Part shown: in pieces, positions 1-13,719 of the stretch | Numbering within the stretch: position 1 is the stretch's first letter | How the letters are laid out: every line of letters begins with the position of its first letter | Made by a program: the position numbers and the translations under genes | Source of the DNA: Macrostomum lignano | Taxonomy: Eukaryota | Assembly (NCBI GenBank): GCA_002269645.1 | Contig: NIVC01003632.1 | Span: forward strand, 1-64,000 | Direction: 5' to 3' | DNA: 64,000 bases | Notes under the pieces: generated by a model | Told to the model about the DNA's origin: nothing | The model's input: only the letters and a program-made list of their open reading frames with translations | Database searches by the model: none

Positions 1-609
1 TCCCTCCCCGAGCCCCGAGAAGCAATTTCGGCTATTGAATCCTGCTTCTTTTCCTCTGGGCCGGAGCAGTTCATCAATTATTCATGCCTTAATAGCACGG
101 ACGAGATCAGGTTGTGTTAGAAAAAACGGCCCAAATAAAATAGCAGACACAGCAGAGAAAACTGAGAGTAGCGATGCAGCTCAGAGCGGAGCCTGGAAGC
201 GCATCCCCGCCTCTTTCTCCTCCAACCGAACCTTATCTGCCGGAGCAGCTGCTGTCCCGGTCTGGACAGATAAAACAGGCTAATAAACCTTGGCGCGAAG
301 GCGAAAACATCCGCTTCCCATCTCCTTTTCTCCAGGAAAACAGGAGATAGCAGGCGCGAGAGTGATAAATAGCGACAAGGGGTTTGGAACTGTGCATGTG
401 CTCATGCTCATAACTCTGAAGGTGATATCCGCTTTGTCAGCTTAAACGACTTAAGATTGTTCGGTTGAGAGTGTAGCCTCGGACTCGAGCTCAGCGAGTC
501 CAACAAGGAAGGGCAGCTTGTTCTGGAGTGGTAATGAGCTCAGCCAGTCCAAGGGAGGGTTGGAGTCTCATTTAGTCAAAGTCAAGCAACGGAAGCTTCC
601 CACCCACAG

Positions 610-1498
610 GAGCTCACTAATCAACACGCCGGTGGCTCCGTGCTCTGACGGTGACAAGATCCCGCACTTCAACCACGCCACTGGACATCTAGACGAGTAC
701 AACTACCGCACCGAGGACTGCCTCTACCACCAGATCCTGCGCCGCACCGAGGAGATCTGCAACTGCTCCGTGCACGTCGACGATCACTGGCGGAACGGCT
801 TCGACTGGCCGCGGAGACCCAACTGCCACTCGAGCTTCAACATCACCCGGCACCAGCTGGACTTCGTCATGCAGCTGCGCCGGAAGCCGCACGATCACCA
901 CGACGGACGGGCCGCCGCGGAGGCCCTGCGGGTGCTGGACAGCGTTGCGGCGCCGGTTACGCGGGTAATCGACTGCTTCCAGCAAGCCCGCCAGGAGGGG
1001 TCCCCGTTGGACGTGCTGGCGGCCTGCCCGAACCCCTGCAACTACGAGAACTATGTGACGGCGATCTCGCAAGCGATGTGGCCGCAGGCCGAGATGCTCG
1101 ACCGCATCAAGGAGATGCTGCTGGACACGATCTCGCGCGAGTACTTTGAACCGCTGGAGAGTCTGGGTCGGCTGAGCTCCCTCATCAGGCCGCTGGGCGA
1201 GGATTTTGCGGAACTGTTCGGACAGCTTCGGGCCTGCAACAGAAGCGCCTGCTCAGCCCGGCTGCACTCCCAACTGTACAGCTTCATGGAGAGAAACTTC
1301 CTTGAGCTGCGCGTGTTTCCCCGCAGTCTGGACATCCAGTTCACTGAGGAGAAGACCAGCTTACCGCTGAGCAGTCTGATGTCTCAGCTGGGCGGACTCA
1401 GCGGCCTCTGGCTCGGCATCAGCATCGTCACACTGTGCGAGTTCGTCGAGTTCTCCGCGGCGCTGCTTCGGCGGGCGTGCCGTCCCATGCCGCCGTGA
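610..1498 (+). CDS. DEG/ENaC (ASIC/degenerin family) sodium channel, 3' terminal coding exon; upstream exons not identified in the window
   Basis: Cys-rich segments (EDC...EEICNC; CPNPCNYENYVTAISQAMWP) and pre-TM2/TM2 signature LMSQLGGLSGLWLGISIVTLCEFVEF with the GxS filter. Probable acceptor cccacag|G at 607-610; TGA at 1496-1498. Confidence 0.9.
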
Positions 1499-1844
1499 AC
1501 TGCTGCGACTGGGACAGATTTTAGACTGCTTGACTTCTGCTAGCAAGGACTTTTAAGTGTCACCTGGACTATAGCAGGGACTTCTAAATTATATAGCTAT
1601 TGAGGAAAAGTAAACAAAAAGCACTTTTCATTGCCCAATGGGATAAGTAATGGATGCTAAAAATATTTGCCATTATCCAGTTCTAATACCTAATGCTCAC
1701 TATCCACATATACTACTCGTAAATTCTAATTCTAAAATGATGCACAATTCTTAATGGAGGGTGTTCACTGTTTACTTTATTTTCGAAAATCCTCTTTAAC
1801 ATTGGGGCGTGCCTTTCCAATATAAAAGAGCTCCCTTCAGTTAA

Positions 1845-2181
1845 AGTACTCACTTCAAGACAATAGTACTCAATTTAAGAAGAGTGCTCACTTTGAAACA
1901 GGAGTTATCGGTATGCCCATTCAAGACAGGAGTGCTCACTTCAAGACAGGAGTGCTCACTTTAAGACAGGAGTGCTCACTTCAAGACAGGAGTGCTCACT
2001 TCAAGACAGGAGTGCTCACTTCAAGACAGGAGTGCTCACTTCAAGACAGGAGTGCTCACTTCAAGACAGGAGTGCTCACTTCAAGACAGGAGAGCTCACT
2101 TTAAGACAGGAGTGCTCACTTTAAGACAGGAGTGCTCACTTCAAGACAGGAGTGCTCACTTCAAGACAGGAGTGCTCACTT
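1845..2181. repeat. 20-bp minisatellite (ttcaagacaggagtgctcac)n
   Basis: About 13 near-perfect copies from ~1920, with degenerate copies upstream. Confidence 0.95.
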
Positions 2182-2909
2182 TTCTTACTTAGAGACAAGA
2201 GACTGCTGAGCATCCGACAGGAAATGGTCGTTATAATAGAGTGGCACCTACTTCAAAACTATTGCTCAACCGTACATTGTAATAATTCTCTTGTAGTGAA
2301 ACCGCCATCCATAGCGGTATCAATTTGTGCCCATACGAACGTATAATTTAGCAACGTTTTGCGCCACCGGCAGCGGAAGGGGCCATGCCAGATCCAAGGC
2401 GCAGTAGGTATGAAAGCTGTGACCAATAAATCACGATTATCAGAGCTGGGTGGGCTGGGGTCGAAGCGACCGGAGCTGCCAGTCCGCCCTGGCTTTCTCG
2501 CCGATTTCCTTCTCCAGTTAATTAAACTAATTCTCAAATATGACTTCAAACTTCCGAACATCAGCGAGCATAAATATAATCATCAACTACTGATTAATTT
2601 AACACACGCGTACGGTATATTGCGAAGAGAGCTTATTAAACAGTAGGAACACCAAGCCACTTTTCCTACTGTCGAACCACGAAGGGGGCGGGGAATTTCT
2701 AACATTTTTGCTGCGCCAGAACGAAGCAACGCAGGCAAACAAAATTCAAGATCACAGGCTAACTTTTTTGCTCAGCCTTCTCAAACAAGAATCAAGTCAC
2801 GAGCCCTCCAGACCGTCGAGATATTCAAGGATTCTGCTAAAAGATCGGATTTTTCCTTAAGCGCCACTATTATTAAATCACCCGGCCATGTGCGCCAACC
2901 AGCACTGCT

Positions 2910-3058
2910 CCTAAGTGCAGCCTTCCCAAGACATCCCTAAGTGCAGCCTTCCCAAGACATCCCTAAGTGCAGCCTTCCCAAGACATCCCTAAGTGCAGCC
3001 TTCCCAAGACATCCCTAAGTGCAGCCTTCCCAAGACATCCCTAAGTGCAGCCTTCCCA
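2910..3058. repeat. 26-bp tandem repeat (taagtgcagccttcccaagacatccc)n
   Basis: About 5.5 direct copies read from the sequence. Confidence 0.95.
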
Positions 3059-3540
3059 AATTTCATCAGCTCGTTAAATACGTGGCTGCATCAGCTGACT
3101 TGATTGGTCACTGGCCTTCACCCAGGCGGAGCTCCTGAACCTTCAACAGGTGGCACCAGGTGACTATGGACTATGGACGCAGCAAAAAGCCCCACCCCCT
3201 TGCCCCTAGGTACTTCTGCTGTAAATTATTAACTGCAAATTAGAAATTTGAGAGAACTGATGGAAAGCCAAAATTAAAATCAATGTTATTTGAAGCGCGC
3301 AGTTAAAAAGGCTATATCGGCACACTTCGGGATAATTAAAGCAATCACAGCGCAAATCAATTTAAAATCATTTAAAACAAAAGCAACTATAAACTCGGCA
3401 ATCTAGGATTTAGATAACAGTACAAATAACAGCGCACGCCAGCAATCCAATAAAACGCGACCGCAGATCAGCTACTTAGGAACAGCAGTAGCGAAACAAG
3501 AATATTTCGTTAAAACTTTGCACAAAGTAATTAAAATTTT

Positions 3541-3901
3541 TTAGGCGACAAAGTCGTGCCCGCCGCTTCTGCCGCCGCCGCCGCCGCGGTTGCCACCGTC
3601 AGCGGCGCGCGACGGCGACTCGGAGTAGACGACAGCGGCCGGGGCGTCAGCCAGAGCGCGAGCTGGCGCAAGCGGCGAGAAGAACTTGGCGGCCAGCAGG
3701 GCGCCGCAGACGGTGCCGATAAGGCTGCCGGCCAGAATGTCGCTCCAGTGGTGCTTATAGTCGGAGACGCGGGACATCGCAACGCTGGAGCCCACCAGCA
3801 CCAGCGCCACCTGCGCCAGGTTTTTCAGCGAGTGCAGCGGGTGACGGAAGGCCAGGCGGGCCTGTGGGATAGATAGATACCCTAGATACCCTTATACACT
3901 A

Positions 3902-3969
<68 letters not shown>

Positions 3970-4589
3970 GGACAGACCTGCATGTAGACAGCCAGGTAGA
4001 CGCACACGGCCATGGAGAAGGAGGAGTGCCCGCTGGGAAAAGACTTCATCGCATTTGTGAATTTGCCGGAGTCCGGCGGGCGGCAGAAGTCGGGGGTGTA
4101 CAGTTTGCCGCGCACGCAGGTGGTGTTGAGCTGGCAGGCTGCCAGAAAGTGCGGCCGCTGCCGGCCGAAGCCCATCTTGCCGACCACGGTGAAAATCTCG
4201 TTAGCCAGACAGGCGAAGGCCAGCTGGTAGAGCCCGGCTGTTATGGCTGCAAATAGCGGAGCAAATTTTTCCGGCAATATGCGGCCAACTACTGACAGTA
4301 GGGTGGGGTGGGCCGGCCGGTCGGATTTCACCCGCTCGGGGGCGTGCCAGTGCCGCAGGCACTCGACAGTGACCACCACGAACAGGCCGAGGACCACGCC
4401 GACGCCAATGCAGGTGCTGAAGGGCACGGTGCCCTCCTTCAGCGGGTAGCCGATGCTCTCGTCGTCGCAGTAGAAGCCGCGCTGGAACGGCTTGACGGCG
4501 AAGTGGACGATGAGGCAGGCGGCGCCCAGCATCAGCAGCACCAGGAGGTGGCCGACGCCAGCCAGAATTGCCGAAGCTCGCGGCTCCAT
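3541..4589 (-). CDS. PAP2/PLPP (wunen-like) phospholipid phosphatase, copy 1; exons 4589-3978 and 3861-3541, ~310 aa from the first ATG
   Basis: All three PAP2 motifs are present: KMGFGRQRP, SFPSGHSS, SRVSDYKHHWSD. The GT-AG phase-0 intron 3977-3862 contains (TGTC)n, and splicing joins YMQ|ARLAFRHP in frame. Confidence 0.92.
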
Positions 4590-5310
4590 GCGGCCTGGAT
4601 GAGCTCGCAGGTTTTGTCTGGGACCGGGACTGGCAACCGGGTCCGGTTTGGGCTTGCGGGCGGGAATGGGTTTTGGGACTTTGGCTGGGTTGGGATTAGG
4701 AATGCGCGCGGGATTGGGGTTGGGATTAGGAATCGGAACCGGATCGGACTTTGGGACGGGATTCAAGTTCGGCTTAGCTGTGGAGTCCGGGCTCGGCAGG
4801 GAGCTGGACTGTTGAAGAACCGGATTAGGTTTTGGAGCTGGAGCTGGAGAATTGGGATTACTGTTAGTGGTATTGACCCCGGGGCGAGGCTGGGAGTTGG
4901 AGTGGAATTTGCGAACGTGAAGGCCCGAAGTGCCGAAAGTATCGGTTTCAGCCTCCGAAGATGAGGATATTTCTGGAGACGCCTGGAATAAAAGCAGATT
5001 TGTTTATATTAAGCAAGGGACTGGGGCTGCTGTGTTATAGTTATACTACCTACTAGCTGTTACATGTATATGCCAAATGCCTACGAATTTATATATGGTA
5101 CCTAATTTGCATATGACGCTTTTTAGTAGGTATGTGCGATGTGATAAGATTATGAAGTAAAGTGCATGTACATTTGAAACTGTTTAATTAAGCTTTAGAA
5201 ACTGATTTTTCGACGCAAAAACAGCCTTTAAAGTCGCATCGTGCAGAACACACAAGACTAATTTTAAATGTACACAACTTTCTCAATCCACAGATTCAAT
5301 AATCGCACAC

Positions 5311-5444
5311 GGGCTCACCTGAGATAGAATTTAGTAAGCAGTTTACACTACCGCGAAAGATTTTCAGCTGGATTTTCGGGCTCACCTGAGATAGAATTTA
5401 GTAAGCAGTTTACACTACCGCGAAAGATTTTCAGCTGGATTTTC
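5311..5444. repeat. Exact 67-bp tandem duplication
   Basis: 5311-5377 and 5378-5444 are identical (gggctcacctgagatag...gctggattttc). Confidence 0.95.
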
Positions 5445-6621
5445 AAAGCAATGCAAAAACGCAAAGTAAAGCCGGACTACAGACAGATAGACTGCCGGGG
5501 GGTAAAGGACAGTTTTACAAGGCCCTGCACTCTCTCGCTGAAATTTCTCCGCCCGTTTTCGTGTACATTCCTCCCTTCTCCTTATCATAAGTTGGGGGGG
5601 GGGCTGGGCGTGGTTGGTTGGGTTAGCGCAAGTGTACATTTGTTGGGTGTACATTGGGCTCTTCTCTCTACTACTGCCTGGCCTTGGTTTGGAGGAGGCT
5701 GTCCAACGGGGGGAGTTCATACGTGTAAGACCTACGATGTAAACCTCACATACAATACTTAACACATCGCCTCAAAGTTAAGCAATCTAAAAGGCCCTAA
5801 ACTTCACCAGGGGCCTAAACTTGGGAATCATTAATGGAAATCCTAAATTGCGTCAACGGCAAAAAGCGTTAGCCTGAAAATAAAAACATCTTTTAGGTGA
5901 TGTGAAGGTCAAGTTTATGTCTTGTGAAGTTTTTGTTTTACAAGAGGATGCTTGAAACTTTTAACCGATGTGAACTTTAGGTATTGTGAAAGCGCTCCCG
6001 CGCCATCCAACCACTGAACGGGTTTTAATAATATATTTATTAATTCATAAACTAAGGAAACCAGCTTGTAAATTTGTAATATGCTTTAAGTCTTAGTTTT
6101 TAGTACGTAGCTACTTCTTGCTATTTGAGTACAATTACCACTTGAATGCAAAGTTTGGCGTGTCCGACCTAACAAAACAACAAGGCGAAGAGTTTTTGGT
6201 ACGAGCGCACTTGCTGCCACTGGCAAAGCTTTCTCATCGCATCGCATCTCTAATAAACTCGGAAACTCTGCTCTGATAAACGACAATAAAGTAAGCGAGA
6301 AGAGATTAATAAGACACGAATGTGCGGTTCTGATTAAAATGAATAAACACTGCTGCAATTTTTTAACCGATCTTAATGGTTACTGACGGTTAAGTAGCTT
6401 AAAAATGAGGACTTTGGAGTGAATTACGCTAGTCAAATGTCAACAAAACGTATGCAGATGCGCATTGCGCATGGAGAATGGCTTTCAATTTTCGCTGCTA
6501 TAGTTACATGATTTCGCGATATCGATATTGATTAGCAACTCTAACATCAAATAAAGGCGGGGCGACCGTGCAGCGCAAATGACCAGAAAAGACAAAACCG
6601 TTCTAAACCTGAGCCAGTCTC

Positions 6622-7744
6622 TCACACCACACTGCCAGCCAGTCTCCGCACCCCCGGCCCAGCATCTTCCTTTCCCTCATCGCCGCTGCCGGTCTCCCGG
6701 GCCTCGTCCTGTTTGCCTTCAACGCCGAGCCCGCAGCCTTCACGAGGAACGACGCTGGCCGCTAGCCAGGCCATGCCGTCACCGAGCAGCCCGCCAGCCA
6801 GCACGTCGCTCCAGTGGTGCTTGTAGTCCGACACTCGCGAGTAGGCCACGTACAGGCCGGCCACCGCCGCCAGGAACTGGAAGGTCCGGCGAAGTAGAGC
6901 GGATCGACAGCGGCCCGCCCGCCGCTGCAGGTAGAGCAGCACAATGGTGGCGCAGTAGAGACTGAAGGAAGCGTGGCCGCTGGGAAACGAGCGCTGCGCG
7001 TCCTGAGAATGAGATGGATACGAGCGCATGCAAACCAAGTCCGCTTGAGCAGCCAAAAAACCCATGAATGCCTCCGCTGGACCCCCTGTATCTCAGCAGA
7101 TCGCTGCCCCTGTCTCAGGGGGTTGCAGGGCATACTCTCAGCATGACTAAGCACTTTCTGCAGCACCGCACCTGGAATTCCCTCGCCGACACAGCTGGCC
7201 TGCAGACCACGGCCGCATCGTAGGCAACGCTGGCATTGCAGAAGCCGCCTGGCAGCTCCGGCCGACAGACAGTGTAAAAGAATGGCCGATGCCGGCCGAA
7301 GGCATTCTTGGCCATGCCCATCAGGAAGTCGCAGCCGGCCAGGCCCACACAGAAGTAGTAAACGGCATACAGGACGGCCGCGAAGTAGCTGGCCGCGAAC
7401 TCGCTGGTGGCGAACAGGCGTCGCGCGAAGGCCACCAGGGCCGGTGCGCTACGCAGGTGTCGGCGATCTCGACAGCGCCACTCGGCCACAGCGATAGTCA
7501 GCCAGGCGGTCAAGACGCCAACGGGAGCGCAGATATAGTAGGGCACGGAGCAGCGGCCCACCGGGTACCGGATGCTCTGATCGTCGCAAAAGAACAGCCT
7601 CGAGAATGGCGGGACGAGCACGTGCATGAGGCTCATGGCGGTGCACAGGCCGAACAGGACCAGGCCGTGCAGGCAGGCGCTGAAGGCAATACGGCCGCTG
7701 GACGGTGCCGTCAAGTCGAGAGACATCTGCTGCGTCGGTGGCAT
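6622..7744 (-). CDS. PAP2/PLPP phospholipid phosphatase, copy 2; exons 7744-7172 and 7002-6622, ~317 aa
   Basis: Motifs KNAFGRHRP, SFPSGHAS and SRVSDYKHHWSD; N-terminal FFCDDQSIRYP. The GT-AG phase-0 intron 7171-7003 joins REFQ|DAQRSF. Confidence 0.92.
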
Positions 7745-8693
7745 GCACGGAGTCGAAAATTGAAATGGTAATTTTCATTTTGTTGCGGTCAGTTAGGGTG
7801 CATGGATTCTATTATGCGTGAGAGTGACTTCAGATTTGTCCTTGATAGTTTGAGCTGAGTTACGATTTGTACCGACATGTACTCGTATAACTACTACTGT
7901 TAACCAATATTTGTACTCTCCACTTCGTATAAATTTCGGGCTCTAGAGAAATGACGCTTACATGTAATTATTATATTTAGAAAAAGATGATGGCAAGATG
8001 ACGCAACGGGCCAGGCTTACTAACACTAACGTCTGATTTCGAAATTTTGACTTTGAGACAGTCTGTGTAGTGATTTGAGAGATCAAAGCTGTTCTGAACG
8101 AGTTAAACGGAGTCCGAACTTCATCAGCAGATCTGATCTTGAGAATAACACGAATAAATGATTTTTCGAGAACGAGCAGTTCTAGGTTAGGGATTGGGTT
8201 AAGTTTAATTTTAAAATTAGGTTTAGGCTTAGATTGGTGCTGAATCTGGGGCAAACTGGCCGGTAGTCAATTGCCGAACACCTAGCCACCTTAGCAAGTC
8301 AAAATTAGCACTCTAATGAGAGGCGATTGCCCACCTCTGTCACTTCAAACCGCAACTTGCGCCACTGCGTTAGGCAAAAATTGAGGGAAGAAAGGGATAA
8401 ACCGCATAACAACCCTTAGCGAAGGGCATGAACTACTCTCTTACTTCAATGGTGAGTGTCGCAAGTCGCCCCTCGCTAGGAATGCTGCTTGTGACTGTTG
8501 CGGAGTATACAGTACGTGTAGCTACGCTCACATGCATTCAGCAACATAGAAGAGTCGCCACATTGTATGCCAGTAAGCGACTTCTCTCGGACTGACGACT
8601 TTTCCGAATTAAGCATTGTAATTCGAATGTTGCTGCCAGGTTTGCGAAACTACGCTCGTAAATATACAATTTTGTCATTTTTGCGTGGTGTAA

Positions 8694-9937
8694 GACAAAG
8701 GATGACAAAGGATCATCCTTGACAAAGGATGACAAAGGATCATCCTTGACAAAGGATGACAAAGGATCATCCTTGACAAAGGATCATCCTTGACAAAAGA
8801 TGACAAAGGATCATCCTTGACAAAGGATGACAAAGGATCATCCTTGACAAAGGATGACAAAGGATCATCCTTGACAAAGGATGACAAAGGATCATCCTTG
8901 ACAAAGATGACAAAGGATCATCCTTGACAAAGGATGACAAAGGATCATCCTTGACAAAGGATGACAAAGGATCATCCTTGACAAAGATGACAAAGGATCA
9001 TCCTTGACAAAGGATGACAAAGGATCATCCTTGACAAAGGATCATCCTTGACAAAGGATGACAAAGGATCATCCTTGACAAAGGATGACAAAGGATCATC
9101 CTTGACAAAGGATGACAAAGGATCATCCTTGACAAAGGATGACAAAGGATCATCCTTGACAAAGGATGACAAAGGATCATCCTTGACAAATGATGACAAA
9201 GGATCATCCTTGACAAAGATGACAAAGGATCATCCTTGACAAAGGATGACAAAGGATCATCCTTGACAAAGATGACAAAGGATCATCCTTGACAAAGGAT
9301 GACAAAGGATCATCCTTGACAAAGATGACAAAGGATCATCCTTGACAAAGGATGACAAAGGATCATCCTTGACAAAGGATGACAAAGGATCATCCTTGAC
9401 AAAGGATGACAAAGGATCATCCTTGACAAAGGATGACAAAGGATCATCCTTGACAAAGGATCATCCTTGACAAAGGATGACAAAGGATCATCCTTGACAA
9501 AGATGACAAAGGACCATCCTTGACAAAGGATGACAAAGGATCATCCTTGACAAAGATGACAAAGGATCATCCTTGACAAAGATGACAAAGGATCATCCTT
9601 GACAAAGATGACAAAGGATCATCCTTGACAAAGATGACAAAGGATCATCCTTGACAAAGATGACAAAGGATCATCCTTGACAAAGGATGACAAAGGATCA
9701 TCCTTGACAAAGATGACAAAGGATCATCCTTGACAAAGGATGACAAAGGATCATCCTTGACAAAGGATGACAAAGGATCATCCTTGACAAAGATGACAAA
9801 GGATCATCCTTGACAAAGATGACAAAGGATCATCCTTGACAAAGATGACAAAGGATCATCCTTGACAAAGGATGACAAAGGATCATCCTTGACAAAGATG
9901 ACAAAGGATCATCCTTGACAAATATGACAAAAGGATC
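8694..9937. repeat. 26/27-bp minisatellite (gacaaaggatgacaaaggatcatcctt)n, ~1.2 kb
   Basis: Roughly 45 copies, with 1-nt deletion and 17-bp short variants; internal inverted repeat aaggat-c-atcctt. Confidence 0.97.
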
Positions 9938-11022
9938 AAAGCGCGAGAGGAAAAGGAGAAAGGAAACGCAAACAGAAGAAGCAACAGAAAGAGAGAAATA
10001 AAACTTAAGAAGTCTGAACTACTGAAGCAAACTAAGTCGCAACTGGAGCCAACCAGTAAGGCCAGTTCATTAGTACCACTCACTAGTAGCTCCGTGGGGC
10101 CAAAGATTTCTCAAATCAATTTTAAGACAGGTCTGAGCAATCTTCGACCTGTGGAGCTGTACATGAGCCGGCCTTTATACCTTGTAGTGACGAAATGCTT
10201 TTTTTATAACCATGTAGTTTCAAAGAGTTCATCAGTTTTTTCTTTCCACAGCTACAAATTAACGTTACTTACATTTCAGGCCGCGTCCTGCTCAGGAAGT
10301 TCCACTAAATTAATTTATAGAATTCAATTTCAACTTTATAGATATAACTTTTTAAAGAAATCAAAATGAAAACAAAATAACTTTCTCAACTGAACTGACA
10401 AGGACTGAATGAAGTCGGGTACCTGCCTCGCTGTCTAGTGTCAGACCTCAATCATATATTCCTACACTGCCATACACCCGCCATTATATTCACAGAGCAC
10501 ACATTATCTGGCTGTCAGCAAGCAAAGCTTCTATTTGCCAAAAATCGCGGTGGCCGGGTTAAGCTTTGGCAGCCCTGCTGCCAACTAATTAAAGCCGAAG
10601 CCTGACCCCCCCCCCTATAGCTGCCATTGATAAAGGCATTTTGATAGCCAAGCCAAACTGCTAGGGCCAACACACCGGCACTACCGCAAGCTGTGTTTAC
10701 AAAGATAATTAAGAGTTTATCCCCCAATAATTCGTGTGCATATTGAAAGACCATACTGCTAGGAATGGTCGAGTTATATAACGCAAACCAAACTGAACTG
10801 GAGACAGGTGCGAGTTCTGTCAATAAAATAAAATAAACAAGAAACAGTGGAACACACTGAAAACTTGATTGATTTTTTTCATTCCAAGCCAGCCTGATGA
10901 GGCTGTTATCATTCAGACTCTGAATTTTGTTTGCATCTCAACTTTTATTGTCCCCGATGCTCCACACGGCTACCAGTTAGCGCTCTCAATCCATGGTCTC
11001 TCTTATCGAAATCGGATCCGTT

Positions 11023-12445
<1,423 letters not shown>

Positions 12446-12538
12446 TTAATCAGATTGAATGTCGCAGCGGCAATGAGTGTCATTTGAGAAATGCTCTCGC
12501 TAATATAAGCTAGACATGTCTCAATGTCATCTCAAATG

Positions 12539-12615
12539 CGCTAATGCCATCTAGCAATGGGCTAATGCCATCTAGCAATGGGCTAATGCTATATAGCAAT
12601 GGGCTAATGCCATCG
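12539..12615. repeat. Short 21-bp tandem repeat (gctaatgccatctagcaatgg)n
   Basis: About 3.5 copies upstream of RPS9. Confidence 0.85.
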
Positions 12616-13494
12616 AGATTATTTAAGACCAATAAAAAATATCCCAGATCCTAGATGTTAAGGCACTACTAAATATCTAAATTCTACCTGTATCCATACT
12701 GTACATATCAGACACGTTAAATCTACTTAAAGTAGACTATGGACTGAAAGTGGTTAGAATTGAAATGACAAAGTCAAAGAAAAGATCCCAAGACAACGCA
12801 AAAATCCCTTCGAAAAAATGCTCAATAATTGACAATAGCTCAGAAATACGCAACAGTATAATTGGTAAAAATTATGAGACTGTCAATTTGTCACTCGAAT
12901 GCCAACGCATACAGGATCGCACAAGGTGCACTTGAGCACAAGGAATGGACTCAGTCAATAAAGAAAACTTCAAGACAGCATTGTCTATGCATTGCTTAAA
13001 GCCATCTGCCAAGGCACAAGTTTAGATAAGCGGTAAAGTAATACACAACAATTGCATCAAAGTCCCAAAAGAGCCAGTTGGAAAAGGAACAACAGTGAGT
13101 ACAGGGTCGATCTAAATATTGCAAAAGCTTGGTCAGGTGCTACTCTGACATAAATATTGCGTATATATTATAACATCTGCATTTAATTAAAGTAAAATGG
13201 AAAAAAGTACTCTTTGAACTCTTACACGGATTTAAACAGTAGCGAGGACAATAAAATGACAATAAAAATGGATAAGCAAACACACAATTCAGGAAGAACT
13301 ATGCATGGGAGACAGATCCCACAGACCGCAACGAAAGAAAGACTGCTATGTTATGAAATCTGGACAATTTATAGACTTATAATAATACAATAATAGTTGA
13401 AAATATGACTCGTGAAAACAATAATTATATTACAGAATGAGAATTAATCAGAATCAAATATTTGAGTTAAAAAATTTCATCAGAACTATCTGGC

Positions 13495-13719
13495 TCATCG
13501 CAGGAATATGACATACACTGCCATGAGCAGGCAGCAGACAGACACGGGAACATGCAGTCTGATGCCAATCACGGCCGCCTTGTACAGCACGCCCCAGATG
13601 CCCGACTTGTCAGTGAAGCACCAGTCCTTCAGCTTTGGGACTCGCTTCATGTAGGCGCAGGTGCAGATAAACAACAGCATTGCCACCAGCACGCCATCAA
13701 AGCTATAGATGTTTGTCAT
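13495..13719 (-). CDS. TMEM167B: Protein kish-B (TMEM167B), 74 aa, intronless
   Basis: MTNIYSFDGVLVAMLLFICTCAYMKRVPKLKDWCFTDKSGIWGVLYKAAVIGIRLHVPVSVCCLLMAVYVIFLR matches the kish-B pattern (CTCAY; GxWGVxYKAAVIGxRLH). ATG at 13719, TGA at 13497-13495. Confidence 0.93.
   Translation of the reverse strand: MTNIYSFDGVLVAMLLFICTCAYMKRVPKLKDWCFTDKSGIWGVLYKAAVIGIRLHVPVSVCCLLMAVYVIFLR

Noticed and set aside
689-1344. Antisense or alternative-frame ORFs over real exons (also at 4.0-5.0, 6.6-7.8, 34.7-35.9, 47.4-48.2 and 60.1-61.3 kb)
   Set aside because: They are shadow ORFs of GC-rich coding sequence with no independent motifs.
8538-9439. ORFs with SSFVKDDPL repeats, and similar repeat ORFs at 17.8-19.7, 29.0-29.7, 30.2-31.2, 44.6-45.0, 46.3-47.3, 48.6-50.3, 52.0-52.8, 54.0-56.9 and 62.2-63.4 kb
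   Set aside because: They are translations of stop-free tandem repeats, open in several frames or on both strands, and mostly intronic.
10515-10823. Hydrophobic 102-aa ORF downstream of RPS9
   Set aside because: Non-ATG start, no family match and no clear splice sites.
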